In this document: piece after piece, positions 16,665 through 26,124 of the stretch | Position numbering within the stretch: position 1 is the first letter of the stretch | Layout of the letters: the number at the start of each line of letters is the position of its first letter | IMG/VR virus record: IMGVR_UViG_3300027974_000020 | Span: 105,198-169,197 of that record | Length of the DNA stretch: 64,000 bases | Reading direction: 5' to 3' (one strand) | From: a virus | Position numbers and translations under genes: made by a program | The notes under the pieces: model-generated | Databases searched by the model: none | Told to the model about the DNA's origin: nothing | Seen by the model: the letters and a program-made list of their open reading frames with translations, nothing else

Positions 16665-16762
16665 AGAAACTCACAGCAATCACTACAGCAATAGCATTTG
16701 TTCTTGCCGGCTTAGCCGTATATCTCAAGAAAATGAGACTATTCAAAAAGGATAAATCATGA
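16661..16762 (+). CDS. 33-aa hydrophobic peptide
   Basis: MKKLTAITTAIAFVLAGLAVY...; ATGA coupled. Confidence 0.5.
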   Translation: MKKLTAITTAIAFVLAGLAVYLKKMRLFKKDKS

Positions 16763-16998
16763 ACTCAATACTTATTATTTCACTTGTATTGTCTCATCTA
16801 CTAGCCATAGCCATAAGCGCAAAATGGACATCTAAACTCATCTACACTGACATTAAAACTAATTACGATGTTATTGAGTTTGTGCGGGTGATAGAAGAAG
16901 TTCAATCTAGAAGAAACCACCCCACAGCTAGGCCTCAGTTCTATGATTGGGAAACGGAAGAAAAGTTCGAAAACATCATCGATCAATTCGACAAATAA
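16759..16998 (+). CDS. small membrane-anchored protein
   Basis: AAGGA SD; N-terminal TM. Confidence 0.6.
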   Translation: MNSILIISLVLSHLLAIAISAKWTSKLIYTDIKTNYDVIEFVRVIEEVQSRRNHPTARPQFYDWETEEKFENIIDQFDK

Positions 16999-17110
16999 TC
17001 ATTCTAAACCACCTCCTATAAAAGGGGGGCAATCATAGAAAGGGGTGATGAATGTTCGATTGGTTCTTTGATTTAATAGCTGATCTAATAGATGCAATAT
17101 TCGGAAACTA

Positions 17111-17338
17111 ATGAAAGGAAAAAGTATGCGTAAGCTTGGAGAACTGCTTGGTAAAACCACAGCAGGAAGTAAGGAACTGGTTAAAAGTTCAATTACTGGT
17201 TCTAAGAAAGTGGCTTCTGTCACTAAAACAGCAGTAGTCGATGCAAAATCTGACTTTGTTGCTGGCTTCAAAGCTACTTCTGGTACTCCTGTTGTTCCAA
17301 CAGTAGATACAATAGAAGTTATTGAAGTAACGGAGTAA
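17111..17338 (+). CDS. small Lys/Ala/Thr-rich protein
   Basis: 75-aa ORF; the likely start is ATG 17126, after AAGGA. Confidence 0.55.
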   Translation: MKGKSMRKLGELLGKTTAGSKELVKSSITGSKKVASVTKTAVVDAKSDFVAGFKATSGTPVVPTVDTIEVIEVTE

Positions 17339-17428
17339 ACCCAAAAGGGGGGATTGCGTATCTAGTGCAATCTCTTTATATAATATCACATAACAACATA
17401 TCCCATAATATCACAGAAAGATAATATC

Positions 17429-18472
17429 ATGTCAACACTAAGCAATATGTTTGGTATCAATAGCGATGATCTCGCTCTTGTTACCGAAAATCCCGATGCG
17501 TTCAAAAGCCAAAGCAATACCACGCTACTCCGTAAGGATAAGCGGGTAAAGGCAAAAGGCTCGATCAACAACATCGAAATCCCAACCTACGTCACACTTG
17601 AGAGTGCCTTCTGGACTCGTCTCACTGTGCGTGACCACTACATCAACCGTGCAGGCGCAGAAGCTCGTACCAGCCAAGTATTTGGTGGTGTCTTCAAGCC
17701 AGTCAAAATGAAGGTTGAAGTTGAAATCAACGGTAAAACTATGCTCTTGCAAGAGCTCATCCGCGACCTCATCGCTGAAACCTCTGCAGGCAAGTCAGCC
17801 GACGAAATCAATCGTATCATTGAAGATACAAATCTTCTTCGTGGCTTTGCCGATGGTATGCCGTTGATGTTCCAACAAATGGGTGCCAGCGAAAACGGCT
17901 TCCAGCATGCAATTGAAATCTTCCGTTCCGCAGGAGCAGTAGATGACCTTGCTTCATTGAAGGGTAACAGCCGATTCCACACCTGCTATGACATGAAACA
18001 GAAACAGGGTCTTGAAGTTGTAGCCTTTGAACTTGGTTCAGCAGACCGCACACAATCAAAAACAGGACAGGGCTTTACTGACATCATTGATGCAGTAATC
18101 AGCAATCTTGTTCGTGTCATCGGTCACAAAACAACTGCTGCTATTCTTCGTAAAGAAATTGAAGAAAAAGTTGCAAGTCTTTCGCAAGGTGACATCAAGG
18201 CTAAGCAGACTAAGATTGATTCTGAATTGGCAATGAGCCGTCAGTATCCAGTCATTTGGTCTGGTGCTGCGCGTCAGAAAGACACAACAGAAACTGGCGA
18301 TATGGTTACCCGTGATAAGTACAATGCTGTCAATGCACCTTGTGGTCGTTGGACTGTACTTCTCAATGGTCAAACAGAAGATCTGGATGTATGGTCAAAT
18401 TCGACCAAGCAACCAATCAATGCTGTAACCACCGCAACTGCAGTTGTAGATACAACGGTTAAACCGTTCTAA
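17429..18472 (+). CDS. hypothetical protein, 347 aa
   Basis: Long ORF followed by a long hairpin; no recognisable motif. Confidence 0.8.
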   Translation: MSTLSNMFGINSDDLALVTENPDAFKSQSNTTLLRKDKRVKAKGSINNIEIPTYVTLESAFWTRLTVRDHYINRAGAEARTSQVFGGVFKPVKMKVEVEINGKTMLLQELIRDLIAETSAGKSADEINRIIEDTNLLRGFADGMPLMFQQMGASENGFQHAIEIFRSAGAVDDLASLKGNSRFHTCYDMKQKQGLEVVAFELGSADRTQSKTGQGFTDIIDAVISNLVRVIGHKTTAAILRKEIEEKVASLSQGDIKAKQTKIDSELAMSRQYPVIWSGAARQKDTTETGDMVTRDKYNAVNAPCGRWTVLLNGQTEDLDVWSNSTKQPINAVTTATAVVDTTVKPF

Positions 18473-18581
18473 CTATAACCAACATTTAAGTTCTGCTCTG
18501 GAATATGTTAACCTCATTGCATATTCCAGAGTAGACTTAATTAAAAAAATAACACTAGACCTTTAATGAAAGGAAGGCTCT

Positions 18582-18863
18582 ATGTATATATTAGCATTAG
18601 CAATCCTTCTTGGACTCGCTGTGGCAACCGTCACAGAAATTGTCTATGAAGTTGCACCAGCTATAAGTAAGATTAAGTACCTCGGCAACCCAGATCTTCT
18701 GTTCCCACTGCTTGCAATCCTCGCAGTATGGGCAACTGATACATCTATCCTAGGTGCCTATGGTCTTAACGGTGCAGAATGGTTTGACGTTGTAGGTTCA
18801 GGTTTGGCTGTCGCCGCTGCAACCAAAGCAACTGATGCCGTAGTTAACTATCTTAACAAATAG
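18582..18863 (+). CDS. small multi-TM protein (holin-like)
   Basis: AAGGAAGG SD; three hydrophobic segments. Confidence 0.6.
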   Translation: MYILALAILLGLAVATVTEIVYEVAPAISKIKYLGNPDLLFPLLAILAVWATDTSILGAYGLNGAEWFDVVGSGLAVAAATKATDAVVNYLNK

Positions 18864-18965
18864 TAAACTATAAACAATGATGTTAGCGTGGGTGGTAGAA
18901 CTCTATCTCTATCACCCACACTAATCATAATATTATTTTTTTATTCTAACTCAAAAGGAAATAAG

Positions 18966-19229
18966 ATGAGCACACCAACTGAAGTAGTCGAAATCCAACG
19001 TTGGATGAAAGACGCAGCATGTAAGGGGAACACTGAAGGTGACTGGTTCCCAGAAGCCCCAGGCAATAACTCTGGAGTAAAAATAGCTTTAGCAATATGT
19101 AAAGATTGTCTAGTCAAACAAGAATGCTTTGACTATGCAATAACAAGACCAGAACTATCAGGTATCTGGGGTGGAGTAACATCACGCAAGCGTGGATCCT
19201 TACGAGCCGAAAGGAAAAAAGGTGAGTGA
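18966..19229 (+). CDS. whiB: WhiB-family transcription factor
   Basis: W...AAC...WFP...ICKDC..KQEC...GIWGG: four Cys plus the GIWGG turn. Confidence 0.92.
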   Translation: MSTPTEVVEIQRWMKDAACKGNTEGDWFPEAPGNNSGVKIALAICKDCLVKQECFDYAITRPELSGIWGGVTSRKRGSLRAERKKGE

Positions 19230-19599
19230 ATACCCAACAGATTATCCTCGCAATGGTTTCCATATCTGTCATGGGTGTGGGTCTATGGCTCCGCATCATA
19301 GTCAAGAAAGCCTTCCAGATAATGGATGGACATTCGATCTCAACCTATTCGGATACTATGGCGGTTTTACAGATCCCATTGGAGAAGAACCACAAAGAAT
19401 AAGGTTATGCCACGACTGTGTGCTTAAGTTTCTAAACACATTTCCTCTATTAGGAGTACTCATAGGATCAGGCTGTCATAGTATGTCTGGCCCCAATGAA
19501 AAACCATGCTGCAAATATGCATGGAAACTAGACTCCATAGAGAATAATCATATCACGTGGATAGCCACTGAAGATGGTGAATCTTGGACTGTGTTGTAA
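19222..19599 (+). CDS. Cys-rich hypothetical protein
   Basis: CHGC...GYYGGFTD...LCHDC; GTG start after AAGGA. Confidence 0.65.
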   Translation: MSEYPTDYPRNGFHICHGCGSMAPHHSQESLPDNGWTFDLNLFGYYGGFTDPIGEEPQRIRLCHDCVLKFLNTFPLLGVLIGSGCHSMSGPNEKPCCKYAWKLDSIENNHITWIATEDGESWTVL

Positions 19600-19883
19600 T
19601 GCTTCTTCCCTATAGGCTTATCTATATATGTCTATAGGGAATAAGTACCCTTTGCCCTTGTTTTCGGGGGGGACCCGCGAAGCGGGGGGGTCCCCGATAT
19701 TAAAATGACAACCCTTGTGGTTGTCTTAAAAAATAGAGGTAGTCTTTAGACTACCGAATAAAAAATAAGCCTAGGCTTTAGTCCGCCGGCTTAAAAAACT
19801 TTTTCTACTACGTGTTGTCATAGGCATGTTATACCTGCTATGATATACATATCAAGTAGTACACGACGATAGGAGTAATACAG

Positions 19884-20105
19884 ATGCCTCGGCAACATCA
19901 ATCAAAAGCAATCAAACGGGTCTTTTCAGAACTGACAAGACTCGGCTTTGTAGTAGAGCAAAAAAGATCAGGGTCGTATAGGATTGTACCCCCTTCAACA
20001 ATCCAAGGACCCGTATACACAACTCACGGTACAGAGTCGGCATTGCACCCAATGCGCCGTGACTTTAAAAAATATTATAATATAAACTTAAACTCTATCT
20101 CCTAG
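19884..20105 (+). CDS. HicA-like dsRBD-fold small protein
   Basis: L...GF.VEQKRSGSY.I...V pattern; the canonical HicA His is absent; AGGAG SD. Confidence 0.55.
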   Translation: MPRQHQSKAIKRVFSELTRLGFVVEQKRSGSYRIVPPSTIQGPVYTTHGTESALHPMRRDFKKYYNINLNSIS

Positions 20106-20409
20106 AGATGCGGTTTACTCCTTGTAGGGTGTAGGGTAATATCAGAGCAATCTGAGTTACCTTACACCTTAATAATAAGATTTAACTATAAGAATAAGAA
20201 TAAGAATTAACTTAAAATAAGAATAAATTGTTATCAATATAAAGAATTGGACCCCTCTCAGGGGTGGACCCATTTATAACATATATAAAGTATACAAAGT
20301 GTACATATATGTTCCCCCACATGTCCCCATTTATCCCCATTCTTCTATCGTTATGCACATAACTCAAAACAATGCTTAATTACTCCTAGAAAGAATATGA
20401 GGATTACTC

Positions 20410-20856
20410 ATGAATAACCCTAAGATTGTAGTAGAACAGTTCCTATCAGATCTAATCAATGATGTTTACCCTACCCTTAACAAAGATATGTCTTATCTCT
20501 ATGGAATAGAGAATAAGCAATGTTATGTTTCGGGGGCGGCTCAACTGTTAACTACAAAAAAAGACATATACCAAATACTAGAAGATGATGCGACAGAAGC
20601 TTATACAGCTATGTATGATATTCTCGCATTCTTCATTTGGGGATGGGCTGCACCCCTCCAATCAGATGAAGACCTCAACGTTCCACCTAGTCAACATCCA
20701 GACAAAGTAAGAATATTCTTATCTATGTTCTCCTATAGTGATGGAACTATAATGTCAGCGTTAAAACATTGTGAAGATCCAAATATGCAGTTGCAATTCC
20801 AATATGGAGAAACGCAAGGTCCATTATATGAAACCCTATCTCAACTATATAACTAA
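20410..20856 (+). CDS. hypothetical protein
   Basis: GAGG SD; GWAAP...PSQHPDKVR motif. Confidence 0.7.
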   Translation: MNNPKIVVEQFLSDLINDVYPTLNKDMSYLYGIENKQCYVSGAAQLLTTKKDIYQILEDDATEAYTAMYDILAFFIWGWAAPLQSDEDLNVPPSQHPDKVRIFLSMFSYSDGTIMSALKHCEDPNMQLQFQYGETQGPLYETLSQLYN

Positions 20857-20899
20857 TCTCTAAAACGTCAAAAAATTACAAAAAATTTTGCGGCGGATC

Positions 20900-20972
<73 letters not shown>

Positions 20973-21019
20973 CGAGGCATGGTAATCTAAAGCAATGGCT
21001 TATTACCAAGCCACCAGCA

Positions 21020-21156
21020 GTGTAATCCCCGGGCATGAATTGCCCTCGTGTGACAGTAACCAATCAAAGATTGAGTCTCTACCTCCAGTTAAGAATCTCT
21101 TTGTGTCCACCCAAATTACCCCATAATTGGGTGCCGGGGTTTACACCCCTTTTTTT
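21020..21156 (+). ncRNA. candidate structured ncRNA
   Basis: Closing stem GTGTAA-T-CCCCGG / CCGGGG-T-TTACAC enclosing internal hairpins, followed by a T-run. Confidence 0.4.
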
Positions 21157-21191
21157 AGAAAGGCAATATCTAGTATATTAGAAGGAATGAA

Positions 21192-21671
21192 ATGACTATC
21201 TTAGAACAAGAAAGTAAACTTAAGTCGTTAGGCACAAGAGTGCCTTTGACGGATGATCCTAAAATTAGGGGCATCTTAGCAGTCCATTACAGCCTTTGGC
21301 AGGGCCGCGAATCTATTGAGCATAATGGCAAACAACTGACGGTTTACCAGCCGGCACATAAAGGATATTCATCCGTAGTTATCCCTTCAGAATCGGGTTA
21401 TAATTTTCTGTGGATTACACAGAATATGGAACCCTCTAAAGATAGCTACGGTTCAATGGCTATCCGTAGATCTCAACAGCTTGGGGACAACAAAATGATC
21501 ACCTGGATTGTAGACAATACTGGTGGTAAATTTGTTTATGTAGGTAGCATACATACTACCCATTACTTCAACGGAGACCAAGATGTTATAATCGAAAGAT
21601 ACGTAGAAGGACAGACTGAAGTAGTCTACACAAACATGCCGTTCTATTATCAAGCTAAATCCAAATATTAA
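21192..21671 (+). CDS. hypothetical protein
   Basis: GAAGGA SD; 159 aa. Confidence 0.7.
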   Translation: MTILEQESKLKSLGTRVPLTDDPKIRGILAVHYSLWQGRESIEHNGKQLTVYQPAHKGYSSVVIPSESGYNFLWITQNMEPSKDSYGSMAIRRSQQLGDNKMITWIVDNTGGKFVYVGSIHTTHYFNGDQDVIIERYVEGQTEVVYTNMPFYYQAKSKY

Positions 21672-21764
21672 AATTGTTATACCCCTAAATTTATATAGGT
21701 TTGCATGCCAACCCTATATAATAATATATGAGTTGTAACAATAAAAAAAACATTATCAACAAAC

Positions 21765-21793
21765 TTGCTTAATTTTCATTTTTATACTATAAT
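21765..21793 (+). promoter_or_regulatory. sigma70/SigA-type promoter
   Basis: TTGCTT-17 nt-TATAAT upstream of ORF 21844. Confidence 0.65.
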
Positions 21794-21843
21794 ATTTATA
21801 TACCCTTATACACCTAAATAACCCACAGAAAACGGAGATTGAA

Positions 21844-22059
21844 ATGGCTAAGCCATCAAAAACCCCACTTATTAATCAATTCATTAATTCCAATACAGAC
21901 AAAATTTATTCCACAAAAGAAATGTGTGTACAAATTGGCGTTAGCCTTCCAACACTTCTTAGTTATATTAAGAGCAACACAGAGCGTTTTGAACTTGTTC
22001 AATACGGTGTTTACAAGATCGTTAAGAGTGGTCAACAACCTATTGCAGTTGAGATTTAA
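21844..22059 (+). CDS. small winged-HTH DNA-binding protein
   Basis: STKEMCVQIGVSLPTLLSYI HTH followed by a GVY wing. Confidence 0.7.
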   Translation: MAKPSKTPLINQFINSNTDKIYSTKEMCVQIGVSLPTLLSYIKSNTERFELVQYGVYKIVKSGQQPIAVEI

Positions 22060-22233
22060 TAGTTAGTTTATTTAAAAATAAAGTTACTATTATTGCATCA
22101 TCTATAAACATAGACGGTGCGCAGTCAAGTCTGCTTTAAAACAAGATCTTTTAAGTTAAAAGATTAAGTAGACCCAACCAAGGAGTATTGGTATAAATAC
22201 TTACAATAACAAGAAATGTGATATAATAAATAC

Positions 22234-22406
22234 AATGCCCGTAACATGCGGGCAGGGAAATAATCCCTAACGTAACAGAGTAATACTGTGAAGTCGGAGA
22301 TGGCTAACCTGCCAACTGTGACGGGCATTTCGTATCTGTCCGCACATCTTCGGTTTCGCAACCTGCGCCGTACTAATGGTGTTTCGCAACACCAGACAAA
22401 GACGAA
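22234..22406 (+). ncRNA. candidate structured 5' leader of the transglycosylase gene
   Basis: TGnTATAAT at 22219-22227. Stem AATGCCCGT/ACGGGCATT starts at the predicted TSS. A second domain carries two GTT-TCGC-AAC hairpins and ends at the SD. Confidence 0.45.
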
Positions 22407-22422
22407 AAGGAGCGAACACGAA

Positions 22423-23013
22423 ATGCAAGTAAAATACAAAAAAGCAATGCTAGTATCTATTGTTGCAGGAATATTCCTGTCTTCTGGTATAGCCAATTCT
22501 AGTGCTACTAGGATTGAACAACCAGTACAGGAACCTCCCAGTACCGTCAAGGTACTAACTGCACCCGATAGATTAGACAAATATAATGCAATTGATTCAA
22601 TTGTGTTTAAACATGGAGATATATCTTGGCTTCCATTATTAGCCAAAGAGGCTGGTTGGCCCCGTAAAACGTGGGACAAACTAGGCGATATTATTCTCCG
22701 TGAATCAGGTGGATGCCCCAATCGAATTGGTGGTTCCATAGTTGACAAAAATTGTAATGTAGTTGGGCACTCAGGTGCTGCAAATAAATCCGATTCAGGA
22801 TTGCTACAAATCAATGGAGTCAATTGGGATCCCAAAAGAGATGGCAGACAACTACTTTGTGCAGATTATAGAATCTGTACTCAAGAACAACTCCTGGATC
22901 CGGTTACCAACTTAGTTGCAGGCTATGTCCTGTATCAAAAATCTGGTTGGGATCCATGGGACCCATGTGCATGGGGGCCTAGTTTTGCCCATAGGTGTAA
23001 AACTGGCAAATAA
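22423..23013 (+). CDS. secreted lytic transglycosylase (SLT-like)
   Basis: Signal peptide; RESGG catalytic Glu, DSGLLQIN, LLDPVTN and W.PW motifs. Confidence 0.85.
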   Translation: MQVKYKKAMLVSIVAGIFLSSGIANSSATRIEQPVQEPPSTVKVLTAPDRLDKYNAIDSIVFKHGDISWLPLLAKEAGWPRKTWDKLGDIILRESGGCPNRIGGSIVDKNCNVVGHSGAANKSDSGLLQINGVNWDPKRDGRQLLCADYRICTQEQLLDPVTNLVAGYVLYQKSGWDPWDPCAWGPSFAHRCKTGK

Positions 23014-23034
23014 TTACAAATAAATATTATGAAT

Positions 23035-23064
23035 AAAAGGGGGGGCCTTGTGCCCCTCCTTTTT
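23035..23064 (+). terminator. intrinsic terminator
   Basis: AAAAGGGGGGGC-CTTGT-GCCCCTCCTTTTT. Confidence 0.7.
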
Positions 23065-23111
23065 GTTAATTCAAAACAAAGCATCCCATCGAACTAAAGA
23101 AAGGCTAGTTC

Positions 23112-23534
23112 ATGCTACTAACTATGATGTTAATCTTAGCTATCACTTCAACTCTAGTAGAGTTGTTGATTGCTTCTAAAGTTAAATGGTGGAGACAGAA
23201 GTCTCACGACAGCAAACTGTTCAACATGTTGAACTCGCTATTCCTATCATTCTTGATAGGTTTAGCATTCAGTGCCTCTGGCTTAATTGCCATGGGTGCT
23301 GGCGTAATATCAACCGTGTTGTCCGTTCCCGGCTATCAATTCCTGTATTGGAATTATGATGGCCCAATGGCACAAAAACATGGTGGTAATATGATGTTAC
23401 ATTTGAAATCTAAATGGTTTCAAACAATTAAGGATTTCTTTACACTTGTGTATAAAATCCTGAGAATAATCACATTCCCAATTTGGGGAACTAGATGGGC
23501 AGTAACTAAACTAAAGACAATCAAAACTAAATAA
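23112..23534 (+). CDS. hypothetical membrane protein
   Basis: Multiple hydrophobic segments. Confidence 0.65.
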   Translation: MLLTMMLILAITSTLVELLIASKVKWWRQKSHDSKLFNMLNSLFLSFLIGLAFSASGLIAMGAGVISTVLSVPGYQFLYWNYDGPMAQKHGGNMMLHLKSKWFQTIKDFFTLVYKILRIITFPIWGTRWAVTKLKTIKTK

Positions 23535-23562
23535 AAAAATCGAGTAGACCGTAGGAGGTAGC

Positions 23563-26124
23563 GTGTCACTAATCACATACAGACCAATTGTTCGGCTTCG
23601 CTCAGAAGCAAATGGGCCACTTCGCAGCATGAATGATTACCAGTTCGGATTTTACGATACTGGTTTTCTTCGTCAAGCTATGAAGTCTATCCCTAACGCA
23701 ACAAATTATCGAATGGCTACTATGCCCATTCCACAGAATCCACACGAAGCTCGGATTGCTGAACAGATTATTAAGCACCCCGATGTATGCTATGCCGTAG
23801 TTGATAAAAATAAGATTGCAATTGTTATCATAGAGAACAATCCAGGATGGTTGTCAATCTTTAAAGAAATGGGCTATGAAGTCTTTGCCGGCGATAAGAC
23901 TGGCAAACGACTCAAGACCTTTCATCGTCCAGCATTGTTGAACGCTCACTTTGAAAAAGATGAGATTAAAGTTCACGTTGCTGATTCAACAGACTATTGC
24001 TCATATGACTTTGAGAATGGAGAAGTTGCAAAACAATTTTGCGACCCATCCATTACTAAACGCCTTCTTGATGGCGGTTTTGTAATTTCTCGCAAGTTCG
24101 TTAAAAGAGCAATAGAAAATATTCCAATGTATCATCCAGAAGATACAACTGACAACAAAGAATATTATTATGATTGGCGTATTCGTAAGAAGCTTGTAAA
24201 GAATCTTATGAAAGCTCCAATCCTTAATGTTCGCATTGTCTTTGAAGGAGGCTTCCTCAAGGGCAATGCAATCGTTGTTGACGAAGAACAAATGCCAGAT
24301 GATATTGATATTATTACCAGTAGTGAAAATATTAAATCTGAAATAAAATATCACAATGGTTTTCAATTTCTGGCCGAACCTCAAGGTTCCCATGAACGAG
24401 TCATCACTGACGATCAAACTGTAATCAATTTGGATAATCTTTTCATCACATCCGATATGGATTTCTGGTTAACAGAAGAATATGAGAAGATGTTCAATGA
24501 TGCTATTAATTCTAAACTATTGACTAATTGGCAAGAAATTTACAAACGTCAGTTTCGTAATGTTGCATCAGCAGAAGATGAAGAAGCTAACTCTCGCATG
24601 TCCTATGTGGGATATCGTTGGGTGGCAAGCGGTATGAAAATTACCGATTCTCCATGGCTCTTTGAGACATTAGCAACAAGTCATGCAAAGCCATTTCAAA
24701 AGCGTATTCCAATTCCTTGCACAGTTTATGAGCAAGTAATTCCAGAATCTTTAGCTCGTGTGGCTGGCTATGACATTGATGTTGAGACAGAAACTATTCA
24801 GCGTATTAATGAACTTGGAGTTCATGTTGTCAATGATCTTGACTGGCTTGAGATGTATGAATCTCATGGCGGTCACGACGAGGACGACTACTTCAAATGC
24901 TTTTATCGCACAATGGTTGGTGGACAACAATTCGATGGCGAACGTGTCGTCATCATTTGTCGTTCTCCTAATGGCTATGGTGAGTATTCAATCTTTAGAT
25001 ATGTAGAAGGACAATGGTCTCCAACATGGCATAAAGCAGATGGTACTCCAATTCAGTTTCCTGAAGTTTCTGGACGTGGATGGCCAACTCGTTTGAGTGA
25101 AGCTATCTACCAGAATGAAGTTAAATATGACAAACTTCCATCTGAGTATCAAAATAAAGTAAAACCAAATGGTCATTATACTCCAGACGACGTTATCCAC
25201 GACATGCGTGTAGCTATGGGTGGTGGTAATGTCGGTGGATATGTAAACGCCGTTATGGCTCATTCCCTTGTTTTACACACTCATCGTCCAAACCAACTCT
25301 GCTCCATGGAGAAAGCAATCGACAAATGTATCAATCCAGATTATATCGAAGATGCTCTTGCTATCGATGCCGAAGCTAGAGCTATCGTTAGAGAAATCAT
25401 TGATTCTAAACAACCAATCGATTCTGAATTCTGGAGCCGCAGAGGCTTTTCACGTTATCTAAAAGATGGTGAAACAGTAGATCTTTTCGAAGGAAAGATG
25501 AGTCACATGAACACATTGTGTTCAGAAAAATATCGTGACTACTGTTCTCGAATTCGTGAATGGTCACAAGCAAATGCTGGCCCACCACAGATAGTTCATG
25601 ATCTTGGTAAGCGTTTGTATTTTCACGCACTGCCTATTGTAAGAAACTTTAGAAGTACTATTTATACAGTAAATACTTCTGAAGCTACTCAAGCAACAGG
25701 TACAATTGTTCGCAATTCTTGGGAAGAATTGTATTCTGATATTGTAAATATTGTTAATTCTTTTGATAGAGAAGAAGACAAGCATGATTTTATTATTGCT
25801 ATGTATTCTGTATCTTTAAAAGTACCAACTTCTAGTGGTAAAATAACAGATCAAATTGTTATGAATCGATTTGTATATCCTTATCTAGAAGCAGCTTTAC
25901 AATTTTATGGCATTGCAAATACCGTTGTATTTTCTCCTACCGAAGATGGAGACGTTGATATATTCAACGTTGAAAACAAAGAATGGAGATATCCTAATCC
26001 AAATGGAGATATTGTAGTTTACAATGATCCAATTGAATTTCAAAATGCTCATCGAATAGATAGCACAGTTGTTTTTACAACTCAAGAACCACCAGTCAGA
26101 CAATCTAATATATCCAAATATTAA
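23563..26124 (+). CDS. single-subunit two-barrel RNA polymerase-like protein, paralog 2
   Basis: DGGFVIS, VRIVFEGGFLKGN..SENIK, GGHDEDDYF (24868-24894), CRSPNG, NVGGYVN and AIDK motifs, colinear with paralog 1; AGGAGG SD with GTG start. Confidence 0.78.
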   Translation: MSLITYRPIVRLRSEANGPLRSMNDYQFGFYDTGFLRQAMKSIPNATNYRMATMPIPQNPHEARIAEQIIKHPDVCYAVVDKNKIAIVIIENNPGWLSIFKEMGYEVFAGDKTGKRLKTFHRPALLNAHFEKDEIKVHVADSTDYCSYDFENGEVAKQFCDPSITKRLLDGGFVISRKFVKRAIENIPMYHPEDTTDNKEYYYDWRIRKKLVKNLMKAPILNVRIVFEGGFLKGNAIVVDEEQMPDDIDIITSSENIKSEIKYHNGFQFLAEPQGSHERVITDDQTVINLDNLFITSDMDFWLTEEYEKMFNDAINSKLLTNWQEIYKRQFRNVASAEDEEANSRMSYVGYRWVASGMKITDSPWLFETLATSHAKPFQKRIPIPCTVYEQVIPESLARVAGYDIDVETETIQRINELGVHVVNDLDWLEMYESHGGHDEDDYFKCFYRTMVGGQQFDGERVVIICRSPNGYGEYSIFRYVEGQWSPTWHKADGTPIQFPEVSGRGWPTRLSEAIYQNEVKYDKLPSEYQNKVKPNGHYTPDDVIHDMRVAMGGGNVGGYVNAVMAHSLVLHTHRPNQLCSMEKAIDKCINPDYIEDALAIDAEARAIVREIIDSKQPIDSEFWSRRGFSRYLKDGETVDLFEGKMSHMNTLCSEKYRDYCSRIREWSQANAGPPQIVHDLGKRLYFHALPIVRNFRSTIYTVNTSEATQATGTIVRNSWEELYSDIVNIVNSFDREEDKHDFIIAMYSVSLKVPTSSGKITDQIVMNRFVYPYLEAALQFYGIANTVVFSPTEDGDVDIFNVENKEWRYPNPNGDIVVYNDPIEFQNAHRIDSTVVFTTQEPPVRQSNISKY

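Noticed and set aside
22234-22406. c-di-AMP (ydaO) riboswitch
   Set aside because: The context fits and GGCTAACC is present, but the other conserved ydaO blocks are not seen.
23035-23045. Seventh AAAAGGGGGG box
   Set aside because: It is the 5' arm of an ordinary terminator.
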